The notes under the pieces are model-generated. The model did no database searches and was not told the DNA's origin. It worked only from the letters and a program-made list of their open reading frames with translations. Made by a program: the position numbers and the translations under genes. A stretch of 63,918 nt of DNA, counting the filler, from Rhabdomonas costata (Eukaryota): assembly GCA_019059605.1 (NCBI GenBank). It is 55 parts of 55 records of this genome, joined end to end, with 100 filler letters (N's around TTAATTAATTAA, not from the genome) between each part and the next. Parts side by side here need not be neighbours in the genome. Positions count along the whole stretch, not along the records: positions 8,155 to 9,219 come from JAHMHO010030531.1; positions 9,320 to 10,379 come from JAHMHO010030532.1; positions 10,480 to 11,544 come from JAHMHO010030533.1; positions 11,645 to 12,708 come from JAHMHO010030534.1; positions 12,809 to 13,872 come from JAHMHO010030535.1; positions 13,973 to 15,036 come from JAHMHO010030536.1; positions 15,137 to 16,200 come from JAHMHO010030537.1; positions 16,301 to 17,364 come from JAHMHO010030538.1; 47 more parts are not named here. The stretch is one strand, 5' to 3'. Every line of letters starts with the position of its first letter. Within the stretch, counting starts at the first letter, position 1. This document shows positions 9,162-22,430 of this stretch, one piece after another.

Positions 9162-10923
9162 GTACGCACGTGCGCTCTGTTCAGTATGCAGTGTGCTTGT
9201 AATTTTGTGACACAAACAANNNNNNNNNNNNNNNNNNNNNNNNNNNNNNNNNNNNNNNNNNNNTTAATTAATTAANNNNNNNNNNNNNNNNNNNNNNNNN
9301 NNNNNNNNNNNNNNNNNNNTCAGAGAGAGAGAGAGAGAGAAGAAAATAAGGAAGGGGGGATGGCTCAGATGGAGAGAGAAAAGCAAAAATGAGGGGGGGG
9401 GGCAAGTGGCGCGCTACCTTCTCTCCTGACATTGCGCCAGTTAGCGCGGCATGTTCCATTGTTTGTGTGTAGCAATATTCTGTAGAGATCAAGCTTTGTT
9501 GAGATTACGTTTTTCTTCCCGGCCTTTGGCGCTCCCTTCCGTTCTTTCTGATGGGTTGTTTTGCCTTTCCCTTTGGATTTTTGCTCGCACCTTCCCCTCT
9601 GCCTGTTTATTATTTTTGCTTATGCTGATGTTCTGCACCTTTTCCCGCTTTGCCCTTGTCTTTTTTTGTAGCTTTTGTGGATTGACCTCCATTCCCGAAT
9701 GAGGAAAGCAACGGGTGAAACGGGTGCTGCCATTGTCACCGGCCCGCGGCATTGGTGTTGCTTCTAGCAACTTAAGGTTTATCACTTCACCTATCGTTCA
9801 TGGCTGCTGGAAACATGGCACGCGACGATTAAGGACCATTTCATGAGTGGGTGAAATAAACGAGTGTTCATGGCGATATCATCAGATGTCCCATTCGGAT
9901 GCGCTTTTGATCCGGTTCTTTTATGTGATTTGATTTTTTCTCACCCTCCCGCCCCCCTCCCTCGGTTTCTAAACGGTGATGTTGCTTTGGACGGTAATGT
10001 CTGTCACTTTTTGAAGGGTGGACAATTCATTTCTTTCTAATTAGGGCAAAGTTGTGAAAGCGTTCCCTACCATTGGGTGCTCATCCAAGGACAGCAGACT
10101 GCCTTAAAACTTTTGCTAAATCAACTTAAACCCGGTCAGGGAAAACTTACCAGCACATCGAAATGTCTTCATTGTTATTAAGGGATGAGGTAAACTTTGC
10201 CAGTGCCCCTAAATTGTTTTGGGTAGCAGCTGAAATCCACTGCTACCTAAAGACTCGCCAGTGGCTGGGATATATGTGAACGAGTAGGACAGCATTGGTT
10301 TAGAGGCGAAGGCCAGTCCGCGCCGCGGCCGGAGCGGGCGGCTGGGGCGGGGACGTGACGTGGGGTGCCTTTAACGACGNNNNNNNNNNNNNNNNNNNNN
10401 NNNNNNNNNNNNNNNNNNNNNNNTTAATTAATTAANNNNNNNNNNNNNNNNNNNNNNNNNNNNNNNNNNNNNNNNNNNNGTGTGGGGTGTCCGGGAGCGG
10501 AGGGAAAGGGTTGGGGGGAGTGGTGTCGAGGAGAGTGGGCGGAGGCTGCGGGGCGAGGCTGAGACAGAGCTGCGAATTTGGCCTCCAGGTCGGTTTTAGA
10601 CGCTGCAACCTGGGACTGTAGCGCCAGCCTATGCTGGGAGGCCTGGATCTGCTGTACCGTCGACATCAGTTGTTGGAGCAAGGCGGTCATAGAAAGAGTG
10701 AACACGTGCTACACAAACAAAAAAGTGAATCTAGAATGAGGTGGGTGGAAAAATGGCAGAAAAAACTAAGCACCGACGTGAGCTGGCCTATCGTTCTCCA
10801 AAGAGCAACGGACCTCTTCGTGTGTGTGCGTGTGTCTGTTTGTTTGGATGGACCTGAGTTGGGGATGCGGGTACGCTTTCTGTGACTTTTTTTTTTACTT
10901 TTCTCTCTCCTCGTCTGCCGCAG

Positions 10924-11544
10924 TGTGCACGCTGTTCGTGAGAACGGGCAGCCCCACCGGCCCCGTGGTGAACATCCCCTCCATCGGTGGGGCCTACCTC
11001 CCCGTCGCCGTGGTCAACAACCGCCCGGCCTATGCCAACCCCCAGCGGGTGCTGCAGTGGATGCACGAGGACGTCAACAACCCCTCCGCAGGGGGTCGGT
11101 GGGCGATCGGCTCGCCCCCCCTCACCAAGATAAAGGCGTATGGGGTGGGGGATGTCTCCACCCCAGACCAGGTCGCGGAGTGGATGGTCTACAACTCCTC
11201 CACTAAGGCTTTCATCCTCTCGCCGGACTTCCACGTGGACTGCGTCGGTATGCCCGGACCGCGGGAGGAATGGGTGGGTGGGGGCGTTGATAGAGCGGGT
11301 GCTGCCCAAGTTTGCGTGATTGTAGCTGTGAATCACATGAAAAATGGTGTTGTATATATGCATCTGATTCTGATATTCACACCTCCAATGCGACACCCCA
11401 TCGCCGGCTCACTGCACTCGCCCCTTTGGCCTTCTGCCGTCACCCGCTTTGGCAACTCCCCGCTCCCCCCACTCGCACTTACAGGACGCTGCAACCTGTC
11501 CTGTGCGCTGTTTGCTGGGCAGGGCCCCTCGGGAAAGATCTGGC
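10924..11544 (+). CDS. Unknown, probably extracellular protein; exons 10924-11247 and 11485-11544
   Basis: Open GC3-rich exon bounded by CAG| and |GTATGC; GAY...VNNRPAY...RWAIG...PDQVAEWMVY with terminal Cys residues. Confidence 0.6.
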
Positions 11545-13008
11545 NNNNNNNNNNNNNNNNNNNNNNNNNNNNNNNNNNNNNNNNNNNNTTAATTAATTAA
11601 NNNNNNNNNNNNNNNNNNNNNNNNNNNNNNNNNNNNNNNNNNNNTACACCTGCTTCTGAGTTTTGGCAACTCTTACTCAAAGCCAAAAGACTGAGCAACA
11701 GGTATTTTTCTTTGCCCAAGAGGAGGCCCTATCCCCAGCAGTCCAGGAACACGATCACAAGGCTTCCGATGGCCCGCGATATGTGCACGGAGGTGTATCC
11801 TGTAAGTCAACTCGTACTCCTGCCAGAGCTTCTCCACGGCCGCCTTGGGGTCGCTAAAGCCCCTCTTTCACACATCCAAGTGCAGCTCAGACAGGGCCTT
11901 CTGGGTCAGGTAGCCTATCCAAGAGGCGCGAAGAACTCCACCAGATGGGGGGGAACTTATCAGTGTGCCGCAGCCGCTTCAGAAGCGCCGGGGGACCTTA
12001 CAGAAAGCAGGACTGAGTGGGGTGTGGATTCCAAGCTCTGGTCTCCGGAGTTCGTCGGGCAAATAAACAAGTCTACTGAATGCAGAGTGGCAGATAGGGC
12101 GCCCCTCGTTCCCGTTACTGTTATTAGCTTCGACGCACTTCAGTTGAATGCCATGGGGGCATAAACCAACAAAAACAATGGCCCATGGCTGCCTACGGCT
12201 AGTGGACCCGATGGGCCCATACCTCACCAAATGAACGAGTGTGCTTATTTACTCCCACATTTCTGGTGGTTTTCATGGCATATCTGCCAACACCTTGGTT
12301 GTCAACCATTGTGGAAATATCTTTTCTGTAGTGGTTGCTCTTTTGTCACTCATGCGCAAACATGAGGCGAGAGCACAAGGGGATCACCGACGAATCATAC
12401 TAGCACCACAACACGATGTGTGCGGCCGCAGTGTATCCACAGTCCACACACACAGTTTCATTTTAATTTCCGATGACTCATCGTCACCAAGAGTGACTAT
12501 ACCTTCCGGTCTTAACACTCAACATCCACACACATCAGTTGCGTGGCAATGGGAATGCGGAACACGCAATGGGTACTGATACAGGAAAATTCAAATTGAT
12601 GTTAGTAAAATGACGCTTTGCCCATTCCCGCAAGATATTGGGTGTTCCATTCCCACAGCCATTCCATATCATTACCAAAGTATCGCATCGAAAACAGTAC
12701 ACAAACCCNNNNNNNNNNNNNNNNNNNNNNNNNNNNNNNNNNNNNNNNNNNNTTAATTAATTAANNNNNNNNNNNNNNNNNNNNNNNNNNNNNNNNNNNN
12801 NNNNNNNNGGTCGGAGTAAAACAAACTTTTCACTTTCCCGAATCTTTTTTTTCTGTTTTTCTTTCTCAGAAAATCGAGAGACTTTGAAATTTAAATCCTG
12901 TATATCCATGTGGAAGCGCTGGATCTTTCGATTGAAGATGCAGGAAACACCTTGCACCGCAGCACACTCTCACAGGTTGCATGTTGTGTGTGCATTTCCC
13001 GTGTTCAG

Positions 13009-13690
13009 GTACATCGCTCCGCAGAGGCAGTCTGGGGTGCAGCAGATCCTGCGCAGCCTGCAGATTGTCGACACCGATGACGACGGCCACATCACTCTTT
13101 CGCAGTTCTTGATTGCGCAGAAGCGGCTGGGGCTGGAGCTGACCCGCGCGGAGGCGGACTCGCTGTTCTACAGCTTGCTTGCCGACGAGAGCGGTGTTTT
13201 TCGCGATTCGCCTCTTCCTTGAAAGTTTTCGCTCAAGATCTTCCATCTTTGCTTTAAAGTTCCCGTGACATCGAAGAAGTAGTAATATGAATTTTGCCGT
13301 GACCATTCCGCAGAGAGCTGTTCATCCTTGCGCAGATCCTTTTCGGGACCGTGCTGCAGTGTGCATCTCACTTGGTTTTCAGTTTTTCGGCAGCATTCGG
13401 CAGCATTCCGGAGCAGTGAAAATGATCTGTCGGCCTCCCCACTTGTGAACTCCAGGCTCAGTGATCTCCATCACGGACTTCCTGTCCGCGGTTCGAGTGT
13501 ACCAGGCTCCGTCCATCCAGAGCGACGAGGAGTTTCTGAAGCTCCTGGAGAAGCTCCGCAAGGCCGTGGATAGCCGCGGCGGGGCCTCAGCTGCGGCCCG
13601 GCTGCTCGAAGGGTACGACCAGAACGGGGACGGGCTGCTGTCTTACGACGAGTTTGACAAGTCCCTCCGCGAGCTTCTGGGAGTCAGCAT
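13009..13690 (+). CDS. EF-hand calcium-binding protein; exons 13009-13193 and 13456-~13690
   Basis: EF loops DTDDDGHITLSQF and DQNGDGLLSYDEF; phase-compatible GT-AG intron. Confidence 0.85.
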
Positions 13691-16600
13691 GAGGCCCCTG
13701 ACTTCGAAGTACGGCGTGAGTAACCAGAAATCACTGTTGACCCTTTTAAAGTGGGGTCATCACACTTGCGGCGCGTTAGTTCTGGCTAAAAAATAAACCT
13801 GCCCCGTCCTTTAAAGCTTAAAGTAAAGACGGAATTTGTTTCAATTAGCCAAAAGCGTCCGCCAAAACCACCNNNNNNNNNNNNNNNNNNNNNNNNNNNN
13901 NNNNNNNNNNNNNNNNTTAATTAATTAANNNNNNNNNNNNNNNNNNNNNNNNNNNNNNNNNNNNNNNNNNNNCAGATAGCTATGGCAACTGCATGGACCT
14001 GGAAAGCTTACTATAACCCCTGGTAATCGCTACCCCCCTACCAGTTCCACCATCAGATTGCGCTCGGCCTTTTGTCTTTTGCCGTATGGTTTTTTTACCG
14101 TCTGCGTCTGCAGTTTTCCGCTACATAAGAGTTGCAAAAGCTCCCATGGCGGCGAACCTCAGCGTGGGCTATGCCATTGGGGAGGCTGGCGTGGTGGAAG
14201 ATGGCAAGGCACCTGCGCTTCCCTCGTGGTGTACCGCGTATGTGCCCCTTCCTAGCCTGCGCCAGGAGTGTGAGTACGAATGCCTGTCCTCAACGCAACC
14301 CAACCTGCCCAACCAGCAGTAGCCCAGGCTGCGCGTCACACACCGCTCATCGTCAGACAGCTGCTCTGTAGGTGGTTGATGCAGACGTTGCTTTAGTCGC
14401 GAGGCAAAAAGAAACTGTACGCTTGAAATTCAGAAGGGATGCGTGCACTGTAGGTAACTGACAAAAAGAAGAGGGCGGGAAAGGGGCCAGAGAAGGAGAG
14501 AGAGAGGAAATGGATCGGCTCTGAGGCCGCATATACCAGGTCAGGTTCAGACCTTACGCTCTAATTAGACCGGGGCGGACTCCCCCCCTTTGTACATGTT
14601 CACTCTCGATTTTGCGGTCTGCCCTCCCTCCAGCCCACCGGCCCTTTCCACTGTTATCGTTGACATACTTTGCCTTACAGGTGGTCTGTTTGTATCGGAC
14701 AAGTATTTGGGAGCATTGGGACCCGAATCCCGTGCAATCATCTAGCATTCCTGTAAACGCTCTTGCTCAAGTTCCATTCGCTCCTCTTTTGTTTTCGCGC
14801 CGAGCCGACTTGCGTGATAACCGTACGCATGCAGAGTGCGCTACGCAACGAACTCATTGCTGCACCGCCGTCACCGCTGCTGAGACGGCGGCAGTTGCCT
14901 GTTTCCCATTTTCCCATCTGTTCCTTCTTTAGCTATGTGTGTGCGTGTGGGGGTTCCTTTTCAGGCAGCTTGTTGAGCCCCGAGACGTCCAGCTCCGTAT
15001 GCTCCTTCCCTGTGCTCACCCACTGTGCCTCGCGGTNNNNNNNNNNNNNNNNNNNNNNNNNNNNNNNNNNNNNNNNNNNNTTAATTAATTAANNNNNNNN
15101 NNNNNNNNNNNNNNNNNNNNNNNNNNNNNNNNNNNNTTGTTTTTGTCACCACGCTGGGTTTGTCCAGCCATTTCCTCCACCCGCACATATGGCAACGAGC
15201 CAGCAGTGCCATGTGTGATGTACTGTGTTCGTTTGCGTGAGAAGGCTCCTTTCGGTTGCCATCGACGTTTCGCTTCAGCCCTCCGTTGACCACTCCGAGT
15301 TTCCGGATACATCCCACGGCCCAGCTTGGGTGAGATGTGTTATTGCAGCGAATCATTCCACTCCCTTGACGGACCCAACCGCTCACCGATTCTGGGGTCA
15401 CCGTTTGATTTTCAGGTTTCCCCACTGGCCATCGCTAGGAGATTTATGGACAAAATTTAGTATGAATCAGAACTTTCATTTTGTCCAGTTGTGCTTAGAG
15501 GGCTGACGTTGCTGAACGAATGCTTGGGGCTCGGCGTTCTAAAGTGTGCCCCTTGATGTGATGGCTCGTCCTCCCCATTTGCATTTTGGTTTTTTTTGTA
15601 CTTTATTATACTTATTATACCCTGTTCGCAGTGCCGCTTTTCTTCTTTTGCAATACCATCTGAAGCCCTCTGAAGTCAAATGTGTCTTGTTTTGCTTAGA
15701 CCCCCTTGTTCTTCTTGCGTTCGTTTTTTTTGCTCCTTTCTGTGTGCCTGCGCGCTAAATAGAGCGAGAGCAATCCCGGCAATGCTGATAGGGATAGCCC
15801 GCCCCCCAAAGGTCTGTCCTCCTCCGTGCTGCACTCGGGACATCCTGCAGGCCCTGCTGGGAAAATGGTACGCAGCATACTGGTTCTACTGACTGGGACT
15901 GGCCCAACCTACAGTCAGGGGTAGTGGCGATGCCCAGCACTTCCAACCACCGCGTGGCATCACTGGCAACCCAAGAAGAATGTCGAAGCTTGGCTTTGCT
16001 GCAATGCGGTCCCTGGAAGTGCTGGCACTCGTTTGAGCAGGGGAACGATCTCCTGCGTCCCTGCCTGCGAGTCTCCCAATTTCCGAAGCGGGCTTGGCAT
16101 TATGAGCGTTTCTTCCTGGCTTTATCAGGCGACGTGCTCACGCTTTCCCTCATTTCCTTCGCAGCCCCGCGGCTAATGGTGCCCGCGGACCCCAACCACC
16201 NNNNNNNNNNNNNNNNNNNNNNNNNNNNNNNNNNNNNNNNNNNNTTAATTAATTAANNNNNNNNNNNNNNNNNNNNNNNNNNNNNNNNNNNNNNNNNNNN
16301 GTTGGTTTGTAGGAACATTATAGATGAATGACGCGCTGAAGCCGTTCGGTATATCCTGAAGAGAAGTAGGAAATACTTTCAAGGCTGACAAACAAAGAAG
16401 CTCGACGCACCAATGCGCCCAAGGCGCTGTATTACAATGGAACATTGACTAGTTGACTAACTGAACGATTCATATACTTGCAGCCATAGAAGCAAAAAAA
16501 AATGTACGATACTAGCCCTAGAAGATTACAAAATTGTGACCCCGTGCGTGAGTACTGTGGGGTGCCTGCAGGCATTGTGGACCCCGGGAGGAGCCTGATT

Positions 16601-17593
16601 TTGGTGCTGAAGACATTGTGCCAAAGCCACTAAAAGACGTCAAAAGCCAATCACTGACATGCAACTCTTTGCACGATGGAACCGGCAGCGAAGGCACAGA
16701 AGACCCCACACATGGCCTTAAGTGCACACGCAAAAGCCAAGGTGCTTCCTGGCTTTTGAGAATCAGTTTCCCGGTCACGCCGATCTGCATCTGGGCGGCC
16801 CACAGACACCCACGGGGGGCCCGCAGACAGAATCTTGTTCTGGCAGTCACCTTCGGTGCTTGTTAAGGAAAGTGCAGCCATGGCCCGTGCGGCGAGAGCC
16901 ACGCGGTTGGCTTGCTGCCTCGGGCGCCATCCGAGGCCTTGCCCCGTGCACCTCGGCCGGTGGCGTGGACGGATAGGGAGGTCTTGGGATCAGGCAAGGG
17001 CCCAGCAGGGTTTGCAGCAGAGGGTCTTCCGGAGCCGTCGGGGGTACTTTGGTAGCCAATGTCACTAAAGGTGTGGACTTTTCCAAGAGGGACAATAAGG
17101 GAGGCACCCAGCGTCCTCACTAGGGCATCCCCTGACCTTAAAAGAGGAGCAAAAAACGTTGCAAACTTAAAATCGCAACTGGGGTCGCCACCCGGAGTAA
17201 CCAATGAAAGAAAACAAGGCAAACGCGTGACAAAAGTGGGAGCCCAATAAAACGAGCACTGAACAAAGAAACACAGAACCCGTCGCAAAAAAACGGAAAC
17301 GTGCACAAACCCGGCGCTGCAGACGTCATGCCCGCTCTTCGCTGCAGCCGCAAACACCCCCCACNNNNNNNNNNNNNNNNNNNNNNNNNNNNNNNNNNNN
17401 NNNNNNNNTTAATTAATTAANNNNNNNNNNNNNNNNNNNNNNNNNNNNNNNNNNNNNNNNNNNNTGGTTGTCCATGATAGAAGCCATTGAACCCAGGTGT
17501 GCTTCGAGGCATGCATGCACCCGAATAGGAGGAGAGGTGCTACGACGGAGTGATACGATGGAGTGCAGAGAGAGAGGCTATGAGCTCGCAGAC

Positions 17594-18033
17594 CTTCACC
17601 AGGCCATCCGGGGTCAGGCCCAGGAGCTGCGGTCACGGTCGTTGAACTGCAGCTCATCGAAGGTGGACCACCCCTCGGTGAGCTTGTACAGAGGTCGGCT
17701 GATCCAGGGGTTCCACAACAGAATGTACTGGTCTGTGCCGCAGCTCCCGATAATCTGACCGCCCAGCGCACCAGAAGGGAAACGAGACGAGTTACGAGCA
17801 GCGAGTTCAGAGTGCTGATCGTCCAAGAAAACAATGAGGATGGTGACTGGGGAACTTGCTTTGGCCGTCTTACACATACGGAGTTCCTTCCCCAAAGAAG
17901 GGCCACAGCAATGCTGAGGAAGTTCAATATCGTTCCTGTATTAACCAAAAAGACCAGAAAAAGGAGCACACTGTGGGGACCTTAAGGGAGGAGCTCCAGT
18001 CGAAGGATAGGACAGAGTGGTCATGGTACTCCC
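17594..18033 (-). pseudogene. WD40-repeat protein fragment (WDR49/WDR64-like); exons 18033-17981 and 17754-17594, with a 1-nt frameshift
   Basis: HDHSVLSFDWSSSLK|IIGSCGTDQYILLWNPWISRPLYKL...LQFNDRD then, in a shifted frame, QLLGLTPDGLVK. The second exon is 161 nt, one short of in-frame. Confidence 0.6.
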
Positions 18034-18458
18034 CTGCCCCGGCAATGGCTGGGGAGCGGACCCCCAACCCAACCCATACTCCCACACTGACGAAAAAAGA
18101 AAATAAGACAAAACAGAAGCGCATGCCCGCACCGTGCAACAGGCGATGGCACCAGAGTAGGAGGATGCGGGCAAGATCGAGGCTGTAGGATTGTGCTTGG
18201 AAATCACCGATGCGATGGAGCGCAAGGCAGATCTGCCGTAGCACTGGTTGTAGTTATTGTCTTGTAAAGGCAAGGACCATTTTAAGGACGTCTCTGTGTG
18301 ATTTTTGGCAATACGCTCGTCCCTTCGTTTCTTCAAGAAAATAAGTGAGAACGCAAAAAAATGCCACTTTCCTTCAGAGATTTCACGCATACACGCAATT
18401 CTGCCGCCGGAAATTACTCTTGATATGCGTGCATATGCTCTTTCTCGGTTCGCTTCAG

Positions 18459-18528
18459 GCGAACAACCGGTACCGCAACGTCTTTGACTTCAACAAGGAC
18501 GACCCTGCGGTGCCAGAGCCTCACACCA
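18459..18528 (+). CDS. Exon of a possible TBCC/XRP2-domain protein (ANNRYRNVFDFNKDDPAVPEPH)
   Basis: TTCAG acceptor followed by GC3-rich codons; N..W/Y..V.DF...P...H resembles the end of tubulin-binding cofactor C domains. Confidence 0.4.
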
Positions 18529-19012
18529 NNNNNNNNNNNNNNNNNNNNNNNNNNNNNNNNNNNNNNNNNNNNTTAATTAATTAANNNNNNNNNNNNNNNN
18601 NNNNNNNNNNNNNNNNNNNNNNNNNNNNGTGGTGGTGGGGTGTGGCATTGATTTCATTGATTGGCTCCTTTCCTTGGAAAGTCCGAATTGTTTGCCGGAT
18701 TGCGCCATTAGTAGTAAGAAGGCTCTCCTGTCGATGTTGGCGTTGATACCCTCGGCTCTTGTTAGCCAGTCTACAAATCACACTCCTTATATGCGTGCAT
18801 TGTGCTCGCCCTTGGTGTCCTGTTTTGTTCATTTTCTGATCGGAACAGGGCATGCCCGCACAAACGGGGTGCCAATAGTAGTCTGATGTTTCTGGGGCCG
18901 CCTGTTGCAATTCGCTTCTCAAACATTGCTTCACTTTTCTTGCGGAATAGGAGTTTTTTTTCTTTTTTTTTCTCCTTTGAGAAGTTTTTCTGGTGGCCGG
19001 TTGTCCGAGAAA

Positions 19013-19692
19013 ATGGATCCATCGGCGAGTGAGAAGATGTTTTTGTACGCTAAGTCGGTGCACCCCCCGACTGGGGTGGATTGCTGCGTTCGGGCTATGT
19101 TCACTGCGCCTGGGGAGGTAAACCTTGTGCTGGGCAGGGCCAATGTCTTGGAGATCTACCTGGTCTCCCAAAATGTACCATGCCCCCCCCTCACTCCCAG
19201 TCTCTGGCTTCAGTTGTTATTTACGGGTGTGTTGGATTGCAATTATGCTTGTATTGTGCGAATCTTGTGGAAGCGGAACAGGATTTAACCCCCGGCCTTC
19301 TACCGGCAAATCTTTGCCCGTGTTATGCTTTCGGTTTTCGAGTTGGGGTACCGACATATACGAATTCATATGTGGGATGGCAAGGCAGGCCCTGGGCGTG
19401 CCAAGGCAGTTTAGTGTCAGCTTCTGAAACTTTCTGTCGAGGGCACCTCAAAGGGCGTTATTTGAAGCGCGAAATGTGCTTTGGCCTCCATCGCTCCGTT
19501 TTGACCCAGAATGTGTCAACTGGAGGATTTTGGGGGGTTTCCTGTAGCATTTTTTTCGTGTTATATTTTGTCTCTGTTTTTTCAGCCGGAAACTCCGCTC
19601 CTGCTGCGCAAACACATCGAGCTGCACGGGACGATCACCGACCTGGCCGCAGTACGCTTTCCTCGCTACTCCACGGACTGCCTACTGATTGC
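19013..19692 (+). CDS. CPSF1: CPSF160 N-terminus (CPSF1/DDB1/SF3B3 family); exons 19013-19162 and 19586-19692
   Basis: KSVHPPTGVDCCVRAMFT...NLVLGRANVLEIYL | LLLRKHIELHGTITDLAAVRF...DCLLI; the HPPTGV motif favours CPSF1 over DDB1 or SF3B3. Confidence 0.75.
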
Positions 19693-20435
19693 NNNNNNNN
19701 NNNNNNNNNNNNNNNNNNNNNNNNNNNNNNNNNNNNTTAATTAATTAANNNNNNNNNNNNNNNNNNNNNNNNNNNNNNNNNNNNNNNNNNNNTGAACTTT
19801 TTTGCGGCCTGACACTTCGACCTAATCCCTCTGCGCGTGGGGCTGAACCGTCATCGACCCCATCATCATCTGGTCCTTCTTAAACCTCCTTCACCGCCAT
19901 CTTCCTCATCCTCTGGTATCGTTCCCACTGGGCGTAACACACTTGTCTCGTACGGGATTAGATCACTTGAATGGAACACAGGAGGCGCTTTCCCCCGCAC
20001 TTCCTAATGAATGTCTAACACAAGGGGTGGTATCTGTAATCTTCTTGATGACGGTCCCCTGTCCTTTGGCATAAGCTTACCGGGTGGGTCCCCAAACCCT
20101 AATGCCTCCTCTTAAAGATCAACACATCCTCACCCTGTTCTGCTCGTCTCGCTCTGCTCTCTTTTAAGCTTGCGTCCCCTGCCTGGGGTTCGGTACCTCC
20201 CCCCACGGTCTCCCGCCTTGGTGAAAGGCAAGTGGTCGGCACCCCCCCTAGAAATCCTCTGAGATGGTATGTCTGTTGTTCCCTGCAAAGTGCCTGAATT
20301 GAAACGCAACACGCGAATCAGGGCCCCAAAACCTCACTCTAGGGGACCACATTTACCACCACGGTCTGCTTTCGGCAGGAAGGAATCTGGAAATACAATG
20401 ACACGAACCTTGCCGCGTGGAAAAGCGCCAGTGGA

Positions 20436-20487
20436 TTAGACCGCGTGTTGGTAGCTTTCAATTTAGACCGCGTGTTGGTAGCTTTCA
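20436..20487. repeat. Two-copy tandem duplication, 27-nt period
   Basis: TTAGACCGCGTGTTGGTAGCTTTCA at 20436-20460 and 20463-20487. Confidence 0.9.
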
Positions 20488-20964
20488 TCTCTGAAAGATT
20501 GGGCACCGTGTGCTTTCGAACATCTGAAAAACCAATGACATACAAAGCACCATGACCACAAAGGGGCATGCAGTGTTTACGATATCCTGTACGATATCCA
20601 CGGAAACCGACACCACCCCACCCCACCACAAACCACAAACCTACGCTACAGGCCCAACCGCATACAGCGATCACCATGCAACCCAACACACAACACATAT
20701 ATGAACAGCAACGTAGGGCCGGTGGCAGCGGGTCACGGCAGCGGGGGAAGGCCCGCCTCCCCAAAGTCGTGGGCCACTGTCGAGCTCACCGCGGCCGCCG
20801 TCATGCCTCCCGCGGCGCGCCTTCGAGAGGTCTTCCCTGGTGGCACCCCACACAAANNNNNNNNNNNNNNNNNNNNNNNNNNNNNNNNNNNNNNNNNNNN
20901 TTAATTAATTAANNNNNNNNNNNNNNNNNNNNNNNNNNNNNNNNNNNNNNNNNNNNGGGGGGGT

Positions 20965-21751
20965 GGGGGGTGCAGGAGGAGCACACCCTTTCCCGCACGG
21001 AGCTTATGGCACAAATTGAATGTCTTACGGACGAGAAGGCCGTGATTACCCGCAAAATGGCCGAGGCAGTGAACCGAGCTCAGCATTGTCAGGTCCATCG
21101 CACCACGCCACTCGCGCTGGCTTACGTAGACAATGGTACTGTAAATTGAAATGCCGAATAATTGCCCTGCAAATGCATCCCTCTGCCCGCATTTACAGCT
21201 CGGATCCAGTATGAAATTACGCCGAGATTACTTGAAATACTTTCCCTAATTACTCCTCATTAGGAAGCGAATTGTCCGGATGTCCAGGATGTCCAGTTTT
21301 CTAATGCAACACTGTTACTGTTTTTAAGTGATCCGATGATAGGATCCGAGAGGCGACCTCATGAATGCCAACATAGAAACGAGAGGAAAAATAAAAATAA
21401 ACAAAGAAATTATGTGGTCGTTTCCGAACTTTTGGTCAGATGGACCTGATGCTTGCCGAGGAGGCCCACCGGATTGTCCAGGAGGGACTGGAGGCCCAGC
21501 TCAAGGCCTCCGAGGGCATTACCTCCGCCCTGCAGGCCCAGCTCTCTGAGGCCCGGCAGGCCAGCGGGGAAGCTCAGCGCCGGGTCAGCGAGCTCAGCCA
21601 GGCCGTGGCCGAGCGTGAGGCAGTGGTGCGGGTGCAGCGGCAGACCATCCGCTCTCTGTGTGCTCTGGTAGATCGGGAGGGCTCACCCGCGGCGGCTTTC
21701 TTGGAGGCTTGTGCTCCCCCACCTCTTCCCACCGCCTCACGAACCCTTTGA
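20965..21751 (+). CDS. Coiled-coil protein C-terminus; exons ~20965-21090 and 21440-21751
   Basis: Heptad A/E/Q/L-rich GC3-rich frames; CAG|ATGGAC acceptor; ends at TGA. Confidence 0.6.
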
Positions 21752-22430
21752 ACTCCTTGGAGCATGCCCCGCAACTCAGATGTCAACATCACTGTCAACT
21801 GCTGACTGACTGAAGAAAGAAAGGAAGGAAGGAAGGACCCTGCAGGTCTAGGATACTATTTATGAACCACATCAAAGGCGCGACAACAACGCCTACAATT
21901 CCTTTGGGCACTTCCCGACCTGGGAGAAAAGCTATAAAAACGAATTGTGAACGCAATTGAATTCGGGTGTATTCCTTGCGTGTTTTCATTTCCCTGAGCG
22001 ATTGTCCATTCCCACACAAANNNNNNNNNNNNNNNNNNNNNNNNNNNNNNNNNNNNNNNNNNNNTTAATTAATTAANNNNNNNNNNNNNNNNNNNNNNNN
22101 NNNNNNNNNNNNNNNNNNNNGTTGGTTTGTGGCCTGACCCTTTTGGTGCTAGACAGCTGTACACTATAGTGAAATTTCTCTTTTGTAAACTTCTGGTTAT
22201 TGTTGTCCTTATTGGGGGGGGGGGTCGTGGAACACCAATTTAAAACAGTGCTGTTCATGGCTGCTTACGACTGACCTGACTGCCTTTGAGCTCTTATCGC
22301 CCGTGAAATGCTGCGCAGTGCTGTGTGCCGTTCTTCGTTTCTGAGCCTGTCCCTTCTATTGTTTTTGCTCATGCTCTTGTATTAGCTGTCATCATACTTT
22401 ATGTTTTTGGTTGCGGAATAACATCAATAG

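Noticed and set aside
10138-10252. rRNA-like GGGAAAACTTACCAG and a 12-bp stem as an rRNA or snoRNA
   Set aside because: The match is short and has no flanking rRNA similarity; box motifs and guide sequence are unconvincing.
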